Part shown: positions 53,562 to 63,027 of the stretch, in pieces
Layout: the number at the start of each line of letters is the position of its first letter
How positions within the stretch are numbered: the stretch's first letter is position 1
Source of the DNA: a virus
Taxonomy: Duplodnaviria > Caudoviricetes
Length of the DNA stretch: 64,000 nt
Direction: 5' to 3' (one strand)
IMG/VR virus record: IMGVR_UViG_3300025789_000018
Translations under genes and position numbers: made by a program
Notes under the pieces: generated by a model
What the model was told of the DNA's origin: nothing
Database searches by the model: none
The model's input: only the letters and a program-made list of their open reading frames with translations

Positions 53562-54619
53562 TCAACTTCTCCGTAAACGTCTTTCATATCTTCATTAGAA
53601 ATCATATCATCATGAGAAAGCATATAGTTATCTTCAATATACTTACGGAACGACTTTGATCTAAGAACAGGAAGCCAGAAATCCTTGTTATCTGTCTCTG
53701 CGCGACGATAATTCTTTTCAGAAACTTCCCCAGTTTCTAGATCAACTCGCTGATACCAACCGTTCTTTGGCTTAACCACATGACCGGATTCTAGAGCAAC
53801 ATCAAGCAGACCAGACCAAGTGCTAATTCCACCTTCAAACCGAACTTCGATAGGAATCTTTGACTTCTCACGAACGTAACGCGACTTTTCTACATTAATG
53901 ATAAAGTTGTAGCCAGTAATGTCAGTTCCATCCTTTTCCTGCTGACGACCAATAATGAAGATATTGTCAGCCGAATAGTAGATGCCAGTACCACCAGAAA
54001 CAACAGCCTTGGAATACATTTCCTGAGTCTGGTAGGTATGATTAACCACAACCATCGGAATATCCTTGATAGTCAGATGCGGTGTAATGATACGGAACAG
54101 AGACTTGAGCTGCTTAGCACGAGTCATATCTGCAACAGACTTACCTTCAAGAGCGTCTTCAACTTCTTTCTTAGAAGCAAGGTTGCCTACCGAGTCAACA
54201 AAGATAATGACCTTGTCGCCACGCTGAATTTCCTTCATCTGAGACGTAGCATCAAACTTTAGCTGTTCAATATCAGTAATGGGACTATGAATAACTCGAG
54301 TCATATCAATACCCATCGATTCAAAATATTTCTTACCAGCACCAAATTCCGAGTCATAAAACAGACAGATTGCTTCAGGATACTTGTCTAAGTATGCCTT
54401 AACTTCAAGCAAGCAAAAGAACGATTTGAAGTGCTTCGAAGGGCCGCACCAAAGAGTAAGTCCAGGAGTGATGCCACCATCAAGACTGCCAGACAAAGCG
54501 ACATTAATCATAGGAACAGTGGTTTGTACCATATCTTTCTTATTAAAGAATTTCGATTCAGAAAGAATGTCAGCTTCTTTAATTGTAGTGTTTTTCTTTA
54601 GTCTATCTAGAATGCTCAT
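53558..54619 (-). CDS. uvsX: RecA-like recombinase UvsX
   Basis: NVALSGS, GPSKHFKS, FYDSEFG, DSVGNLASKKE, DMTRAK, VSGGTG.YYSAD. Confidence 0.97.
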   Translation of the reverse strand: MSILDRLKKNTTIKEADILSESKFFNKKDMVQTTVPMINVALSGSLDGGITPGLTLWCGPSKHFKSFFCLLEVKAYLDKYPEAICLFYDSEFGAGKKYFESMGIDMTRVIHSPITDIEQLKFDATSQMKEIQRGDKVIIFVDSVGNLASKKEVEDALEGKSVADMTRAKQLKSLFRIITPHLTIKDIPMVVVNHTYQTQEMYSKAVVSGGTGIYYSADNIFIIGRQQEKDGTDITGYNFIINVEKSRYVREKSKIPIEVRFEGGISTWSGLLDVALESGHVVKPKNGWYQRVDLETGEVSEKNYRRAETDNKDFWLPVLRSKSFRKYIEDNYMLSHDDMISNEDMKDVYGEVE

Positions 54620-54631
54620 AAAACCTCCGTA

Positions 54632-57130
54632 TTAATCATTGAAAAAATCTTCTAGAGTGTTAACGTATTCAGTTTTCCACCCAATTGCATTGCTAATTAT
54701 TCGCAACGGGTCGAGAAAGGCTTTGTTAAATTGAGTTTCGTAGTCGATGTATTTGTCCAAGTCCAATGACTTTGGCAAATTATTAACCACAGATATTACG
54801 TTTTCTTTTAGAGTATTGGGCGTAGTCATGTAACAGAACTTAATCTTTTCACCTTCCTGAACGCCTGGAAATTTACTATCCAATCCCTTTTCTTTAAGGA
54901 AATGATTATAAACTAGAGCGCCTCTGACATGAATCGGAGTCGATAGTCTATAGATGGTGGATGGACTGGAAAACTTAGCAAGATTATTGCAGCCCCGAGG
55001 AAAGGCAATTTCTTCAAAGGGCAAAGTTTCAAACTCATCTTTGAATTGTTCAATAAATTCGACCAGCTGATCCTCTGTTCCTTCCATCATAATCCTCAGA
55101 GCTTGCTTAATCTTTTCTCTGCAAGAAGAAGGAGTTGATGATTTAACAGCTTCAATACCCATCATCTTTAGCTTAGGTGCAGGATACCGGATTCCTTCAC
55201 TATCCCACACGTTAAGAATATACCGCTTCTTGGCAGTCCAGATGCCCTTGTCTGCAATAGCTTCACGCTTCATAGAAAGAAACGAGTTATATGCTTTAGT
55301 ATACACAGCAAAAGCATCAAGAGTTTTTGCGATATAAGGCTCTAGCTTTTCCTTACAAATTTTATCAACAATGTTGATCTTTTGCTCAAGAGTTTTGCCA
55401 TCAGCAATTTTATCGACAAGTTTCCCCAGTTTAACGTAGTTGGAATCGGTATCTACAGCAATAACATAATCTTCATCTTTAGTGCCAAGTATCTTATTCA
55501 GATACAGGTTCATATTTGTTTCTACATATCTAATGGCAAGCTGGCCAGATAGGGTAATTGCTTCAGCAAAAGCCAAACTATACCACCGACAATAAGCATT
55601 TCCAATAGCGCCATAAAGAGAGTTGAGCTGAATTTTACGAGCCATCTGCATGTTGTTGTATCTAGCGATAGCATTCTTGAGTTCCTTTGTGGGATTCTTT
55701 TGGTATTCTCTTTCAGCCTCAAACATCTTATTCTTATATGCCTTACGGTCTTTCATCATCTTTTCGACAATCTCAGGGAAAATTCCCTTTTTAGATTTGT
55801 CCCAGAAAGAACCGTTGGCTGCAAGAGTATAGTTTTTCTCAGTCAGTTCCTTATCATATTTAGCCAAAGCATTGTTATAAAGTTGGTCATCAACACTCCA
55901 AAACCCATCAATTTTTCCAACATAGGTTTCCGGCGATAGATTATACTGAACAATCAGAGAAGGGTACAGCGAGGTAACGTCAAACGACACAACCCATTCA
56001 TGCATACCTACCTGCGGATCTTTAACGAAAGCGCCAGCATATTGATCACCTTTGCTGGTAATCTTATTCTGAGGAATGACCAGCTTTTTGTCCATCATGT
56101 AGTTATGAATAATAACGTCCCAAAGACGCACAGAAGTGAATACGTCTTCAAGGTTGATCTTAGCGTCATAAGCAATAGTAAACGCTTGATCCATAAGATT
56201 CAAACGCTCATCCAACTTATCAACAAGAATAACGTCATGAATGTTATATTCAATAAACTTCTGATAGTCATTCAAGAAGAAGTCATGCATGTTATCATAT
56301 TCAGAATAGTCTAGCTTATTCTCACCAATCTCAACGTAGGCGATGTGATCCAGCCGATACGATTCCTGCTGCGTATAGGTAAATTTCTTATACAGCTGCT
56401 GATAATCCATGATAACAATACCCATAGGATTATAGGTTTGCTGCTCCTTACCAAAGATTTCAACCTTAGATTCCAAAAGAATCTTCCAAGGCGAAAGACG
56501 TTTAGCGAAGTCGTGACCAAGAACATTCGTGATACGGTTTACCAGATATGGAATATCGAAAAACTCAATGTTCCATCCAGTAATGACATCGATGTCAAAT
56601 TCTTCCCAACAATCAAGGAATTTGAGAAGCAGCTCTTCTTCATCACGACAGTTATAATAAACTGCGCCTGTATCCTTTACATCAAATTCTCCGCATCCAA
56701 AGACACGGATTTTGTTACCCTTCTTCAAGGTAATAGCTGTAACTTCTCGGTCAGCTGCACGAATATCAGGGAACCCACCATCGGAATTAACTTCGATGTC
56801 AACAGTTGCAACGTTCATACGCTCTTTGTCGTATCGAACTTCACCAGGATATTCATCATTAATGAACGCATAGACAAACTTATCAATACCATAAATGGGA
56901 AAGTTCGACAAGTCGTCATACTTCTTTAGAAACTCTTTGCCTTCCTGAAGGTTTTCGAAATCATATTTGGCTACAGGATTTCCATCTAGAGTATGATACT
57001 CCGACTCTTCTTTGCATGGAACAAACAAATATGGCTTATACTGTACCTTATGGTGTTCGCGCTTTGCACCATTCCAACCTCTAACAAAGATGTAATTTCC
57101 GCGCTGTATAGCGGACGTGTAAAATCGCAT
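54632..57130 (-). CDS. 43: family B DNA polymerase (gp43)
   Basis: DIEV exonuclease motif, SFDVTSLYPS, KIQLNSLYG, DTDS, KKRY, KMMGIEAVKSSTP. Confidence 0.98.
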   Translation of the reverse strand: MRFYTSAIQRGNYIFVRGWNGAKREHHKVQYKPYLFVPCKEESEYHTLDGNPVAKYDFENLQEGKEFLKKYDDLSNFPIYGIDKFVYAFINDEYPGEVRYDKERMNVATVDIEVNSDGGFPDIRAADREVTAITLKKGNKIRVFGCGEFDVKDTGAVYYNCRDEEELLLKFLDCWEEFDIDVITGWNIEFFDIPYLVNRITNVLGHDFAKRLSPWKILLESKVEIFGKEQQTYNPMGIVIMDYQQLYKKFTYTQQESYRLDHIAYVEIGENKLDYSEYDNMHDFFLNDYQKFIEYNIHDVILVDKLDERLNLMDQAFTIAYDAKINLEDVFTSVRLWDVIIHNYMMDKKLVIPQNKITSKGDQYAGAFVKDPQVGMHEWVVSFDVTSLYPSLIVQYNLSPETYVGKIDGFWSVDDQLYNNALAKYDKELTEKNYTLAANGSFWDKSKKGIFPEIVEKMMKDRKAYKNKMFEAEREYQKNPTKELKNAIARYNNMQMARKIQLNSLYGAIGNAYCRWYSLAFAEAITLSGQLAIRYVETNMNLYLNKILGTKDEDYVIAVDTDSNYVKLGKLVDKIADGKTLEQKINIVDKICKEKLEPYIAKTLDAFAVYTKAYNSFLSMKREAIADKGIWTAKKRYILNVWDSEGIRYPAPKLKMMGIEAVKSSTPSSCREKIKQALRIMMEGTEDQLVEFIEQFKDEFETLPFEEIAFPRGCNNLAKFSSPSTIYRLSTPIHVRGALVYNHFLKEKGLDSKFPGVQEGEKIKFCYMTTPNTLKENVISVVNNLPKSLDLDKYIDYETQFNKAFLDPLRIISNAIGWKTEYVNTLEDFFND

Positions 57131-57178
57131 TCAGAACTCCTTCAGTTCTTACAAGTATACCTAATTTTTCAGGTGAAG

Positions 57179-57787
57179 TCAAGCCAAAACTAGTTTAGCT
57201 TTGTTGTAATATTTCGTTCTAGACGCTAGAGCAAGTTTTGCTGCATTAACGTGTGCTGTAATTTGTTCAATATTATCAGCATCAGCATACTGATTTATTG
57301 CTCTATAGTTCCAATACCATCCAGCAGAACGAGCAGCGCCTTCTTTTGTTTGTAGATAATCTTGAACATTATCAAGAGGCATTTTAATATACGCTGCAAA
57401 TAGAGAATGTAAATCTTTTCCAGTTAGCTGAATAAGACCCATACCTCTATACTTCCATCCATCGCCTGTTGGCTCTCCGCCATTCCCTAATCTATTAGCA
57501 TATGCCAAATTAGCTATCTTTTCTGGCTTGTGCTCGTATGTAGCAGCATTGTATTTGTTAAACACATGAGGAAATGTTGCTATCAAGCCTGGAGCAGAGT
57601 AGTTTAAGTTTTCTATAACACGTGTCAAAAGGCTGGACTCGACTCCAATTTGGGAGAGGAATCCAGCCTTACGATTTACGGTATTGATGTTGAATTCAGC
57701 AAATGTCTTTTCTAACGGCTCAAGATAAGAAGGAAATACTGAGCTTTTTACTTCATAGATTTCTTCTAGATGTTGTGCTGTTATCAT
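57179..57787 (-). CDS. glycoside hydrolase family 19 (probable endolysin)
   Basis: AGFLSQIGVES, ENLNYSA, IAN..YANRLGNG, DGWKYRG.GLIQLTG. Confidence 0.9.
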   Translation of the reverse strand: MITAQHLEEIYEVKSSVFPSYLEPLEKTFAEFNINTVNRKAGFLSQIGVESSLLTRVIENLNYSAPGLIATFPHVFNKYNAATYEHKPEKIANLAYANRLGNGGEPTGDGWKYRGMGLIQLTGKDLHSLFAAYIKMPLDNVQDYLQTKEGAARSAGWYWNYRAINQYADADNIEQITAHVNAAKLALASRTKYYNKAKLVLA

Positions 57788-57963
57788 CTCAATTTAGTCC
57801 ATTTGCTTTTAAGAGTTAGTTTTGTTATTAGCCTTTTGTAGAGACTAACATTATTCATAAATTCAATCTTAAGATCACCATCCCCAAAAACCTCCCAAAC
57901 CCATTTGGGTTCACGAGGAACTGGGACGTAGCCTAAGCGTTCATCCCATTTTAATTGTTCCAT
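57784..57963 (-). CDS. hypothetical protein
   Basis: Manual translation MEQLKW..., 59 aa, coupled to regA and the endolysin. Confidence 0.5.
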   Translation of the reverse strand: MEQLKWDERLGYVPVPREPKWVWEVFGDGDLKIEFMNNVSLYKRLITKLTLKSKWTKLR

Positions 57964-58359
57964 TTATTTCTTTCCGATCGAATACTTTGGAATTAACTTC
58001 CAATCACCTTTCTCTTTATATGATACAATTTTGATCTGACTCATAGGAGCAATTGGCTCCTCAGTCATGGTCTTGTCTACAATCTCTACAAGACCCCATT
58101 CGGCCAGTAGGTTTGCGATTGTATTTCTGCGTGCAATATCGCCTTCCGAAAAGTCAGTGGGCTTTCCGTCAAGAACAAACATCTGCTTAAAGTGCACAAT
58201 ATAGTATTTGCCTTTTTTGTGCAAAATGTGACAAGACTGATAGAGTATCTTTTCTTTGCGTGAAGCTACACCAATTCTTGTTAAAGTCTCTTTGACTTTT
58301 AAGAAATCGTCTGGTTTTTGCAGGGTAACTTCAACCATTGTTTCTAGTATGTCACTCAT
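57964..58359 (-). CDS. regA: translational repressor RegA
   Basis: DDFLKVKETLTRIG.AS, LYQSCHILHKKGKYYIVHFK, RRNTI..LL..WGL. Confidence 0.97.
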   Translation of the reverse strand: MSDILETMVEVTLQKPDDFLKVKETLTRIGVASRKEKILYQSCHILHKKGKYYIVHFKQMFVLDGKPTDFSEGDIARRNTIANLLAEWGLVEIVDKTMTEEPIAPMSQIKIVSYKEKGDWKLIPKYSIGKK

Positions 58360-58363
58360 ATCG

Positions 58364-58765
58364 TCACCTTTGTTCTTGTTTTGCTTTCAATAGTGCTATT
58401 TGCTGTTCAGTCAGAATAGATAGAGCAGCTTCAGCCTTCGGTTTAGTATAACCGTAAGTAAGCATAACAATATCTAAATTACTCAAACCCTTTTCTTTCT
58501 TATACCATTGGGTTTTCGCTCTTTTCCGACTTCTCACACTATTTATAAGATAGTCAAACTGGAGACGATTATCGAGTTTATGATACAGATTCATGACATT
58601 TGCATCATGTACTGTATCAATATAGTGCGATAATGCTTTATTTACAATATATGGATTGTAATCCTTTTCTGCTTGTTCCGGAGATTCACTATTCTTTATG
58701 ATATTCTTTTTACCTGAAGAAATATCAAACACATAATCAAAAGGATTACTCATTTGAACGAACAC
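58364..58765 (-). CDS. 62: clamp loader small subunit (gp62)
   Basis: Y.PYIVNKALS...DT...AN.MN, QFDYL.N..R..KR; position after gp44. Confidence 0.9.
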   Translation of the reverse strand: MFVQMSNPFDYVFDISSGKKNIIKNSESPEQAEKDYNPYIVNKALSHYIDTVHDANVMNLYHKLDNRLQFDYLINSVRSRKRAKTQWYKKEKGLSNLDIVMLTYGYTKPKAEAALSILTEQQIALLKAKQEQR

Positions 58766-59700
58766 TGCAGCATAACATCAGTCAGAAAAGCGACTGTGTT
58801 AATTTCAGGATTAGCAACAAAGGCATGCTTGAACTGATAGTCAGCAGCAACAAGAATGAAGTTAGCTACTGAATCAGTTTCAAGATAGTCCGAACAAGTG
58901 TCATAAAGCATACGAAGCAAGGAAGCAAAGTCCAGATCAGAGTTCTGAGCAACCCAGCGCCGCATCTTATTGAAGTCCTTTTCTTTCAAATAACTAACGA
59001 TAGTTTTGAAAGACTCAGTATTAAAGTTGGAAAGAATACCTGTGTCAATCTTACCAGTAGCCGAATACTTCTGCAGTTCGTTAATGATCTTACGAAAGTC
59101 AGGAAAGTGCAGGCTTACAAGTTCAGCAACTGCAGCTTTATCGTATTCAATTTCTTCTTTGTTTAGAACATCAAGAATACGCTTGAAGAAATCAATACAA
59201 ATCTGTTCCTTATCTTTCTTTTGAATCTTAAATTCAACAGTCGAACAACGCGAACGCAATGGCTCAATCAGCTTATTCTTATAATTACAGGTGAGGATGA
59301 ACCCACAATTTGACGAAAATTCTTCAATGAAGTTACGAAGTGCAGGCTGAACAGAGTCAGCAGTCAAATAGTCAGCTTCGTCTAGGATAACGTACTTACG
59401 GCGACCTGTGAAAGAAACAGTCGAAGCAAAGTCACGAATATAAGTTCTCAGAGTGTCAATACGACGACCTTCATCCGAGCCATTGATTACAATATAATCA
59501 GCATCAAGTTCTTTGAGCATAGCCTTGGCTACAGTCGTTTTACCTGTTCCTGGAGGACCAGAAAGCAACAGATTAGGGATTTCGCCCTTTTCTACAAACT
59601 GCTTGAAGGTATTTTTGAGACTAGTGGGAAGAATACAATCATCAATTTTTACAGGGCGGTACTTTTCCGTCCAGAGAAACTCGTCCATAATAATCTCCAT
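58750..59700 (-). CDS. 44: clamp loader large subunit (gp44)
   Basis: LWTEKYRP, GPPGTGKTT, INGSDE, LDEADYL, Q.ALR.FIE, SRC. Confidence 0.97.
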   Translation of the reverse strand: MEIIMDEFLWTEKYRPVKIDDCILPTSLKNTFKQFVEKGEIPNLLLSGPPGTGKTTVAKAMLKELDADYIVINGSDEGRRIDTLRTYIRDFASTVSFTGRRKYVILDEADYLTADSVQPALRNFIEEFSSNCGFILTCNYKNKLIEPLRSRCSTVEFKIQKKDKEQICIDFFKRILDVLNKEEIEYDKAAVAELVSLHFPDFRKIINELQKYSATGKIDTGILSNFNTESFKTIVSYLKEKDFNKMRRWVAQNSDLDFASLLRMLYDTCSDYLETDSVANFILVAADYQFKHAFVANPEINTVAFLTDVMLQCSFK

Positions 59701-59708
59701 AATAAAAT

Positions 59709-59752
59709 AAAAAGCAGAAGCGTCAACGGTGGTGCAGGCACCTACGCTTCTG
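59709..59752 (-). terminator. terminator-like hairpin between gp45 and gp44
   Basis: CAGAAGCGT/ACGCTTCTG stem followed by CTTTT; large loop. Confidence 0.45.
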
Positions 59753-59778
59753 AGTCTTCCTGCACTACATCAGATAGA

Positions 59779-60435
59779 TTAAGCCTTGCGAATTTCCGTC
59801 GCAATCCAATACTGACGAGCATCATTATCAAAAAATGCCAGTCCCTTAGAAGAAACCGTAACGGCATAGTCAAGAGGCTGAACCTTCAGATTGTCAGCCT
59901 TAAACACAACACGAAACTCAGAGTCAGTTTCCCCAAGATCGATCTTAAAGGTATCGCTGCCGCCCCGCTTGGCCACATCTTCTGCGCTAACAGTAACTCG
60001 ACCATCTTCTCCCATGATTACAATTTCAGGAACCTGAAGAATAGAAGCAGCACGATGAATCTTAGTAATTGCTTCAGACGAGAGACGGAAGGCAGAATCC
60101 TGCGAAGGAAGCACAAGATCTTTCTTAGGAGGAACTACAATAGTGTCCTCTGCAGCATAGAAAATTGTAGTAACGTTCTTGTTCTTGTCCTTAATGATAA
60201 CTCGATCATTCTTGAAATCGCAATCAGGCTCATCCATGATGCTAAGTGCACCAAGGAATTTCGAAAGATTGGCAAGAGCCAGATTGTTGGGGAAATTATC
60301 CTCAACACTAGTCTTGGCTACGATAGTCTTTGACGTCGAAACAGTCTTGATAACATTACCCGCCTGAATAGCAATAGACGGGTTAATGCTAGAAAACTCC
60401 TTAAGAACACTTACAGTTGCATCACTTAGTTTCAT
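59779..60435 (-). CDS. 45: sliding clamp (gp45)
   Basis: MKLS..T..VLK.FS.IN.SI, L.KFLG.LS, DY.V.VS..G...F...YWIA.E; position. Confidence 0.92.
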   Translation of the reverse strand: MKLSDATVSVLKEFSSINPSIAIQAGNVIKTVSTSKTIVAKTSVEDNFPNNLALANLSKFLGALSIMDEPDCDFKNDRVIIKDKNKNVTTIFYAAEDTIVVPPKKDLVLPSQDSAFRLSSEAITKIHRAASILQVPEIVIMGEDGRVTVSAEDVAKRGGSDTFKIDLGETDSEFRVVFKADNLKVQPLDYAVTVSSKGLAFFDNDARQYWIATEIRKA

Positions 60436-60462
60436 ATTTCACTCCTTCATTATTAAAGTATT

Positions 60463-60491
60463 ATTATATAACATATTGACTGCGAAGTCAA
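60463..60491 (-). promoter_or_regulatory. sigma70-type promoter for the gp45-44-62-regA operon
   Basis: TTGACT-17-TATAAT. Confidence 0.8.
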
Positions 60492-61454
60492 TTACTTTTT
60501 GCTTCCCAGCTTGGTGGGATCAACAGTAGCGGCTGCGCCTACCTGAGCAAGATCGTTTAACGAACCAGCAAAGATATACGAACCAACGTGCTGCAGAGCA
60601 ATCCAAGGAGCAAGCCAAACCTTCAGACCAGCTTCACGAGCCCACTGACAGAACATATAATCTTCTGACAGATAACGGTTCGAGTATTCATGACCAAAAG
60701 CCGAATGCTTGGTGTCAGCAATAAAGTCCATAACTTCCTGTGGAGTAGCCTTTGGATTCTTCTTGAAGAACTCAGCAATTTCCTTGTTGATTCGAGCAGT
60801 CTTGTTGTCGATAAGAGCATCAAACATGCACATAATCTCACGCGAACCGTCGAATGCAGCAGTACGAACGTGGTCTGGTCTGTACATAAGTTCAGCGTAA
60901 GTAGCCGACATCTTATCCAGCGCCGAACGCTTGATCATCATAAAGCCAGTACCAGCTTCAAGAACTTCTGCAGGCTCAGAGATACGGATTTCATTAGCAC
61001 CATTAGCAGGATTAAACACATAGTCACCGACGAACTTTTCAAGAACGTTAGGGTCTTCATCTGCAATACCCTTGTCTACTGCAGTCTTGATCTTTTCCCA
61101 AGCAATGCACTTCTTAGGATAAGGGGCGCAAAGAATGTCATATGGTGAATCATCACCCTGAAGAGCAAGCATAGCAAATACATCCTGAGCATTGAAACCA
61201 ATGTCAGAGTCAATGAATAGCATGTGAGTGCAGTCCGAACGAAGAAATTCGTCTACGCAATAGTTACGAGCGCGAGTAATCAGCGACTCGTTGAAAAGAT
61301 AATAGAATCGTACTTCGATTCCATAGTGAACAGCCATCGCCGATAGGTCATTCGATGAACGAGCAAACATACCTGCGCACATACCACCATACATGGGGGT
61401 AGCAACAAATAGCTTACGCTTACGCATTTCTTCAATAGGAACATTAATATCCAT
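60492..61454 (-). CDS. GT-A fold glycosyltransferase-like protein
   Basis: LFVATPMYGG, ESLITRARN, THMLFIDSDIGF (DxD), GTGFMMIKR, YLSEDY.FC. Confidence 0.8.
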   Translation of the reverse strand: MDINVPIEEMRKRKLFVATPMYGGMCAGMFARSSNDLSAMAVHYGIEVRFYYLFNESLITRARNYCVDEFLRSDCTHMLFIDSDIGFNAQDVFAMLALQGDDSPYDILCAPYPKKCIAWEKIKTAVDKGIADEDPNVLEKFVGDYVFNPANGANEIRISEPAEVLEAGTGFMMIKRSALDKMSATYAELMYRPDHVRTAAFDGSREIMCMFDALIDNKTARINKEIAEFFKKNPKATPQEVMDFIADTKHSAFGHEYSNRYLSEDYMFCQWAREAGLKVWLAPWIALQHVGSYIFAGSLNDLAQVGAAATVDPTKLGSKK

Positions 61455-61457
61455 AAT

Positions 61458-62093
61458 TTACTTTACCTTTACGTCGAGAGACATATTCATTGCAGCGCCG
61501 ACGGTAGCATATGCAATAGTGTTTGATGAGAGATCAGCAGTCATAGTTGCTGTTGCCCACTTGTTGTTAAAATCAACATTGCGCATCTTAGTCGAAGCAA
61601 GACCTGATGCACTGGTATAAGTTGTGACATCGAAGTTAGCGCCAAGGAAGATAACTTCCCAGTTCTTTTCCTGAAGAACCTTGACCTTATTCTTAATCTT
61701 AGCCTGAGTGTATTCCTGCGACTGGTTTTCTTCACCGTCAGTTAGAATGACAACAACAGTACGCTTTGCATTGCGTTCTAGAGCGCGATCCATTACATGA
61801 GCAGCAGCATCATAAAGAGGAGTGCCGCCAGAAGGTTGCAGAACATCATAACGAAGTGGTTCAAAGTAAGCAATACTTTGACTTTCCGTAATAGTTTCAA
61901 GTCTAGTTGTAGAACCCTGAAGAATATAGGCGGAATCAAATGCAACAATAGTTACTTCGCCTTCAATCTTTTCCTTCTGAAGTCCCTTGATGTAATCATT
62001 TAGTGAGGTGATAGCAGTAGTCCAGCGTTCACCATTCATAGAACCTGAGCGGTCCAGAGCAACAAACACGGCAAAATCATTTTTGCTTGTCAT
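61458..62093 (-). CDS. von Willebrand factor A domain protein
   Basis: MIDAS LDRSGSM, GGTPLYDA, ILTDGEEN.S, IFLGAN. Confidence 0.92.
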   Translation of the reverse strand: MTSKNDFAVFVALDRSGSMNGERWTTAITSLNDYIKGLQKEKIEGEVTIVAFDSAYILQGSTTRLETITESQSIAYFEPLRYDVLQPSGGTPLYDAAAHVMDRALERNAKRTVVVILTDGEENQSQEYTQAKIKNKVKVLQEKNWEVIFLGANFDVTTYTSASGLASTKMRNVDFNNKWATATMTADLSSNTIAYATVGAAMNMSLDVKVK

Positions 62094-62094
62094 A

Positions 62095-62469
62095 TTATAC
62101 TTCCTTCTTGTTTTCTAGATCATGTACATGTAATGCGATGATGGCATAATGAATAACCTTCATCAAATCTTTGCGCCAATCTTCTACTCCACCTTTCTGG
62201 CCATAGCGACCAGAATACTTGTCGACGTTACCTAAGCAAAAGCCTAGACCCCGACCTCGGTCTATAGCGATTTCAGTTGATTGGATATTGCCTTGGGCAT
62301 AGTGTTCGCCATATGTCTTATCAATGTAAGTGGCGATTTCTTGAAGGTATTTACCTTCGTTGTACTTATAGTTGATTTTTGGGTAGTTTTGTGTGTGCAC
62401 AGTCTTTACATAGAATTTTGCACTTGGTTCAATTATAGTTTCTTGTATGTCTTGTATGCGTGGTGTCAT
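62095..62469 (-). CDS. DUF3310-like protein
   Basis: TY..HY, GFCLGN..KY..RYG.K, DLMK.IHYA. Confidence 0.75.
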   Translation of the reverse strand: MTPRIQDIQETIIEPSAKFYVKTVHTQNYPKINYKYNEGKYLQEIATYIDKTYGEHYAQGNIQSTEIAIDRGRGLGFCLGNVDKYSGRYGQKGGVEDWRKDLMKVIHYAIIALHVHDLENKKEV

Positions 62470-62478
62470 ATTGTAACC

Positions 62479-63027
62479 TCAATTATTAGCATCATGTATA
62501 ACAGTATTTATATAACTCACAATGGTATTTTGCTCATCATACGTATTATTTTCTAGGTGTTCTATGATAAACAGCAGATTAAGATTACTCAAAATATTAG
62601 CAACCTTAGTTTCTCTACCTCGCAACCAGGTTTCATCTTGGTTGCTGCCTCGACTTTCATATCTCAATTCTCTTTCTTTCTTTTGAGTAGAAAGATAAAT
62701 TATAGAAAGATCGAAGTTATCGTTACAATGCTCTAAGAAAGAGTTGTTGAATAGCCTATCGCCTTCAAACAAAACAATAGAATTGTCAGGAATAGAAGAT
62801 AGAAATTTTATAGCTTCTGGCTGAACCGCCATACTCATTCTATCAGTTCCAGCAAACACCTGATCATCTTCATATTTACCTAGAACATATAGATTATCTT
62901 TCTGATGGTAAGGAACCAATTTGAAATCATCTTTGAACTCATCAATTTTATATTGATCAATTATCTTTCTCATAAGAGTAGATTTGCCAGCTCCAGGCTC
63001 TCCACCAATTGCAATAATCTTAACCAT
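62479..63027 (-). CDS. P-loop nucleotide kinase of base-modification clusters
   Basis: GGEPGAGKST, LGKY...FAGTDRMSM.V, FEGDRL, R..RGS.Q. Confidence 0.7.
   Translation of the reverse strand: MVKIIAIGGEPGAGKSTLMRKIIDQYKIDEFKDDFKLVPYHQKDNLYVLGKYEDDQVFAGTDRMSMAVQPEAIKFLSSIPDNSIVLFEGDRLFNNSFLEHCNDNFDLSIIYLSTQKKERELRYESRGSNQDETWLRGRETKVANILSNLNLLFIIEHLENNTYDEQNTIVSYINTVIHDANN

Noticed and set aside
54632-57130. Intron or intein in gp43, gp41 or thyX
   Set aside because: The reading frames are continuous, of expected length and without insertion blocks
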